Positions 60,233 through 64,000 of a stretch of 64,000 nt of DNA are shown piece after piece. Source of the DNA: Orbicella franksi (lineage: Eukaryota); the NCBI GenBank assembly GCA_964199315.1, contig OZ116700.1, positions 13,454,001 through 13,518,000 of the forward strand. The letters are read 5' to 3'. Both the position numbers and the translations under genes were made by a program. The number at the start of each line of letters is the position of its first letter. The first letter of the stretch is position 1. The notes beneath the pieces were generated by a model that worked only from the letters and a program-made list of their open reading frames with translations, did not search any database and was not told where the DNA came from.

Positions 60233-63200
60233 TTAATTATACGACCAAATCGGAAATAGTCTCTTTTTCAAGAACGCGCCACAGCAGTTGTTGGATGAAG
60301 CTTTGCTCCCGGCGTCCTTTTCATCATAATTTTCAATCATCTCCCTGATCTTGCTCCACCTTTCCCCCAGTGCTTCTGCTTCCTTTAGAAACGGCTGGCT
60401 GATTGTTGGGTCCAAAGTCTCGTTCTCAATCTGCTTGCTCAGCAGCTTAATGGAGTCTACCTTAGATTGTTTGTCCTTCATCTCCCCATACCGTATCTGG
60501 AAACAAAATATTTATAGTACAAAGTGTGTAAGAAAAGAAAAGCACACAGCTCTAAAAAAAACTAATTTCTCACTGAAAACGTATCCGTTTGATAAAGATA
60601 AGAAGATATAAACTGGAAATAAAAATACATCATGGTGACGCTAAATACTCACGTTAATTTTATCTTGTACTCTGCTCGCTTTCTTCGGATCCATATTCAC
60701 GCTTAGTGAATTGACCAACTTTTCCGTCTCGTCCATCCAGTCGTTCATGGACTTGTTTTCTTTCTTAAACTTTTCCATCTTCTGATTTATGAGCGACTAA
60801 GGTTATATTAGGATAAGATGCATTAGAACACAGGGAAAATAGAAGGTGCCACATCAGTGGAAAAACAGTTTACAAATTACCCTGTCGTACCCTATCCTAT
60901 TGTACATTGTAGCTGCGCATTAAGTAACATTAACAGAATCAATTGCAGTTTTCTATACCAGTGTTATAGACTAGGTGGAAAGAAAAAGCTGATTGGTTTA
61001 GCATAAGCGCTGTCTTAGGGCATGCTCTAGCGCTTTCTGCTGACCAAATACGCTGCACACGACGAAATCGGACGGTGAACATTTATCACAAGAGCTTCGC
61101 GAATTCGAGTTGCGACGGAGAATTACTGTGGAATTTCTCCCCTCTGCACTATCTTCTGTTCGTCGTATAGAGAATACAGATTAAGCGAAAAGTATGTACA
61201 GTTTTCTAGGCTGGTTTCTTTGCTTTCTTCGAGCGCCATTTTTTATAGTATGATTTCCTTTTTCAGCTGGAGCCTTCGCGTGCTCTTCAGTCATGTTCAT
61301 TTCAGCGAAGCACGTGCTTTGTTTGACCGTCAAACAAAGCACGTGCTTCGCTTTGCTGTAGCAGCTAAAATAATTTATACAGAGCACAGGCTGTGCTCTG
61401 TATAATTTACTTTAGCTGCTACAGGCATTGGTGCACAGATGTCGCAACGCAATAGAGTTAAACGGTAAGCCAAGTTTGTCTTCTTACACGGAAAAAAGCT
61501 TTGGGCATGAATTAACTGTGATGCATATCTCCGTGAGCGGTGGATATTTTTGGCGCCATTTTCTATCGTAACCCTTGTTTGGCTCCCCGCATCTTATTTC
61601 CCAGCGTGTAAAATGTTGTTATCGCAAGTTGCAGATTTTGCACAAAATTATCTTACTCTGTCATTTAAATTTCCCTTTGTTTCCTCTCCCCGACAGACAC
61701 CCGCTTGGTTTTTGGTTTTTTGCCCACCAACATAATATCGACAAATTAGTAAAGAAAACAGCACTGTAAATATTAACACGTTTAATAGTAGTGAATATTC
61801 AAACAGCATGTCAGCTTATGCTTAACCGGGTCTCAGCCATTTATCCAAAACGTGACATTTCTTCCCCGCTTAGCGTATTCGTAACACCAGAGAATATTTC
61901 ACAGGTTTCTCATTGTTTTGCATGATCCGTTTGTGAAATGTTCTGAAGAAAAATTAACGGCCGATTTAGTATTTTTTTCTCCTGCTCAATGGAGACTACA
62001 ATTGCGAATATTTTTCTTCTTAATTACTTTACTGATCATAATCTATCATGTGCTTTTCACCGTCAAAAACTGTTTGTACTTCACTGAGGCAAAGTGTGTT
62101 TCGCGCTATTGAGAGGCTCCTGTTTAAAGTGAGCACGACAAACAAACAAAACAATTAGCCTTAATCAAACTCCAAACCCAGGACAGATAACCCGGGACCT
62201 TTGACAAATTCTGCTAGCTAAAAACTTCATGCGTGGATCACTAAAGTGAAATCCACGGACTTAATTTCGATAATTTGAACCTGTGATATGCTTACATTGT
62301 ACATAACTGCTAATTGTGCTGCTCACATCAGGGATGCTGTATTGTTCAGATCGCGTACATGAAGGCCACAGTGTTGTTCCAATGCCGGGATTCGAGTTCA
62401 CCGACGGAAAGAAATGTGAAATGGGTGTGCTCCTCATTTGCGATTTTTTATTCGCCTTTGAATTTTTTTTCTTCTAATCCTAACGGTTGTTTAACTCAAT
62501 TTATAGCCTCAAGTACATGTATTCAGAAAAGCCCTTAAGTTTTCAAATTTTGTGCTCTGCGTTTATCACCGAGTACTGTACAAGTTCAGTCAAGTTAGAT
62601 AGCGCGTTGCGCTGAAGAATCGAGCCGATTAATTCCATGCAAAATTTGTATTTCAAGAATATGGAATAACATTTCTTGGGCGGATTTTGTAATCTTTCCA
62701 GATTTCTTGAGCGGCTTGGGATTGGTCAGCGGATATTGATAATACCAAGGAAATATAAGTAGATACTGCCACTGACCTCATAAGTGACTTTCTTCTTAAA
62801 AAAATGATCCTTTGGTTCAACAAAGCCTTCGTCATTTTCTGAAAACTGGTCAGGTGCAGAGTGGGCAACTGACACACTGGAAGCCACCATTACCTCATTA
62901 ACTGCAGTGGCTTTCTCGATTTCCAGCAACGACGCAGTAATCCTGAGAGAAAATATAAAAGAGAACCAAAAAATGGCCGAATTATTCATGGCATTCATAT
63001 ATTTCTAACAATTTTAGCGACGTTTGTCCTGGCATATTAGCTCCTATCGTTAGAGAAAAATTTGAAGGTGTAGCTGCAAAACGCGGCACAGTTTGCCGTT
63101 GAGGAAGACGCTTGCTCCCATCTTCTGACACAAAAATTAAATGCCTCTCCGATGAAGCATGGAATATATATTTCGTCGACAGTGCAGTATCTGGACTTAT

Positions 63201-64000
63201 CTTGTTGCTCAGCATGAGACGGGCAATCGAAGAATGGATGTACTAAACTTTTCTCAATTAAGCTTCTTAGAATATATGTTTCAATGGACCTTTTCTTCTT
63301 TTCTATTGCCTCAGCTTTCAATCGCTCCAGCCTGTCTTCCAGTTCCTCCGTCTCATGTGTGATTGTTTTTCCGGTCTCCTCCGTGACAAGATCTCTTCGT
63401 TGGACCTCTCTTGCAACATCCACTGCTCCGCTGACAGAATCTTCATACGAACTTATCTTATTCATGATTTCCTAAATATAAAAACATAATAATATCATCA
63501 CCATTACACAGTCGCCCTCTAAATCTTAAACTGCAAAGTCGACTTCCAAGGAAAACATAAACCTTCTAATTAAGCAAACAGTGCATCAATAGATGTTACA
63601 ATTGCAAATGACTTCGTCAGCTTTGGAGTAACTGACTGTATCAAGCACTTAACCCTATCCACCTCTAAGATCAATTGTTTGTTAATTGTTCTCTTTATAG
63701 ACATAGACTGGAAAGTATGGTTGCCATACTAGATGCTACATACGGAGATTTTCTCAGAGTCTACTATAACGGTAACCTTACAAATCCGCCCTGGCGTTAA
63801 TCTTTATCACTAACATAGTCCAGCAACACGCTTTCTTACGATGTACACGTTTTGGTTCACCTTGTGCTTTTGTTGTTCTTCGCGCAACGCCTTCATATCA
63901 TCTGCTGGGATCTTCAGTGATTTAATATCATCTTCCAGATCATCAAGGCTGTTGTTAACTCTTCCCATCCACTGACCTCCCATAATCAAAATGGCTTGCA
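60233..64000 (-). CDS. 3' end of a convergent paralogous spectrin-repeat (dystrophin-like) gene
   Basis: Minus-strand exons 63861 to beyond 64000, 63290-63471 (182 nt), 62777 (or 62894)-62942, 60653-60796 (144) and 60233-60496 (terminal). MNDWMDETEKLVNSLSVNMDP matches the + gene's TNEWMDETEKLLKSFSVGMEP. Ends ...SNNCCGAFLKKRLFPIWSYN*. Confidence 0.88.
61304..61423. other. Two adjacent near-perfect DNA/RNA hairpins
   Basis: Perfect 23-bp stem 61304-61326 / 61330-61352 with a 3-nt loop. A 33-bp stem 61357-61389 / 61391-61423 with 2 mismatches follows. Confidence 0.85.

Noticed and set aside
1-64000. Most remaining 60-120-aa ORFs in the track; tRNA/rRNA/snRNA genes
   Set aside because: The ORFs are exons read through into introns, antisense shadows or repeat-derived frames. 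I recognised no structural RNA gene by eye; a tRNAscan/Rfam run would be needed to exclude them formally.

Overview
Eukaryotic, intron-rich animal DNA. The repeat landscape suggests an anthozoan or stony coral, but that is inference. About 46 kb (581-46563, +) is a single giant dystrophin-derived gene. I reconstructed 74 GT-AG exons by hand, totalling 12,503 nt in one open frame (about 4,170 aa; the start exon is not identified). It encodes a CH1-CH2 actin-binding domain and dystrophin repeat 1. About 27 extra spectrin-like repeats follow, built by reiterating a 182-nt + about 175-nt exon pair, with a roughly 230-aa ER/K single alpha-helix inserted mid-rod. The gene then returns to recognisable dystrophin repeats 2 and 3, adds one more repeat and stops. 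It has no WW/EF/ZZ domain and ends in a Cys-Cys/basic/aromatic tail. A convergent paralog on the minus strand (60233 to beyond 64000) ends in the same kind of tail. Between the two genes lie an unidentified 3-exon, probably secreted protein gene (about 52.0-54.3 kb) and a three-level nested transposon stack: a MITE, a decayed Crypton-type tyrosine-recombinase element and a PIF/Harbinger-like element. The recombinase element has asymmetric ends (terminal IR ... IR + long hairpin), and small non-coding elements elsewhere in the window share that architecture. Introns hold a 1-kb foldback palindrome, many MITEs, a 3' LINE fragment and microsatellites. I found no rRNA, tRNA or CRISPR array.
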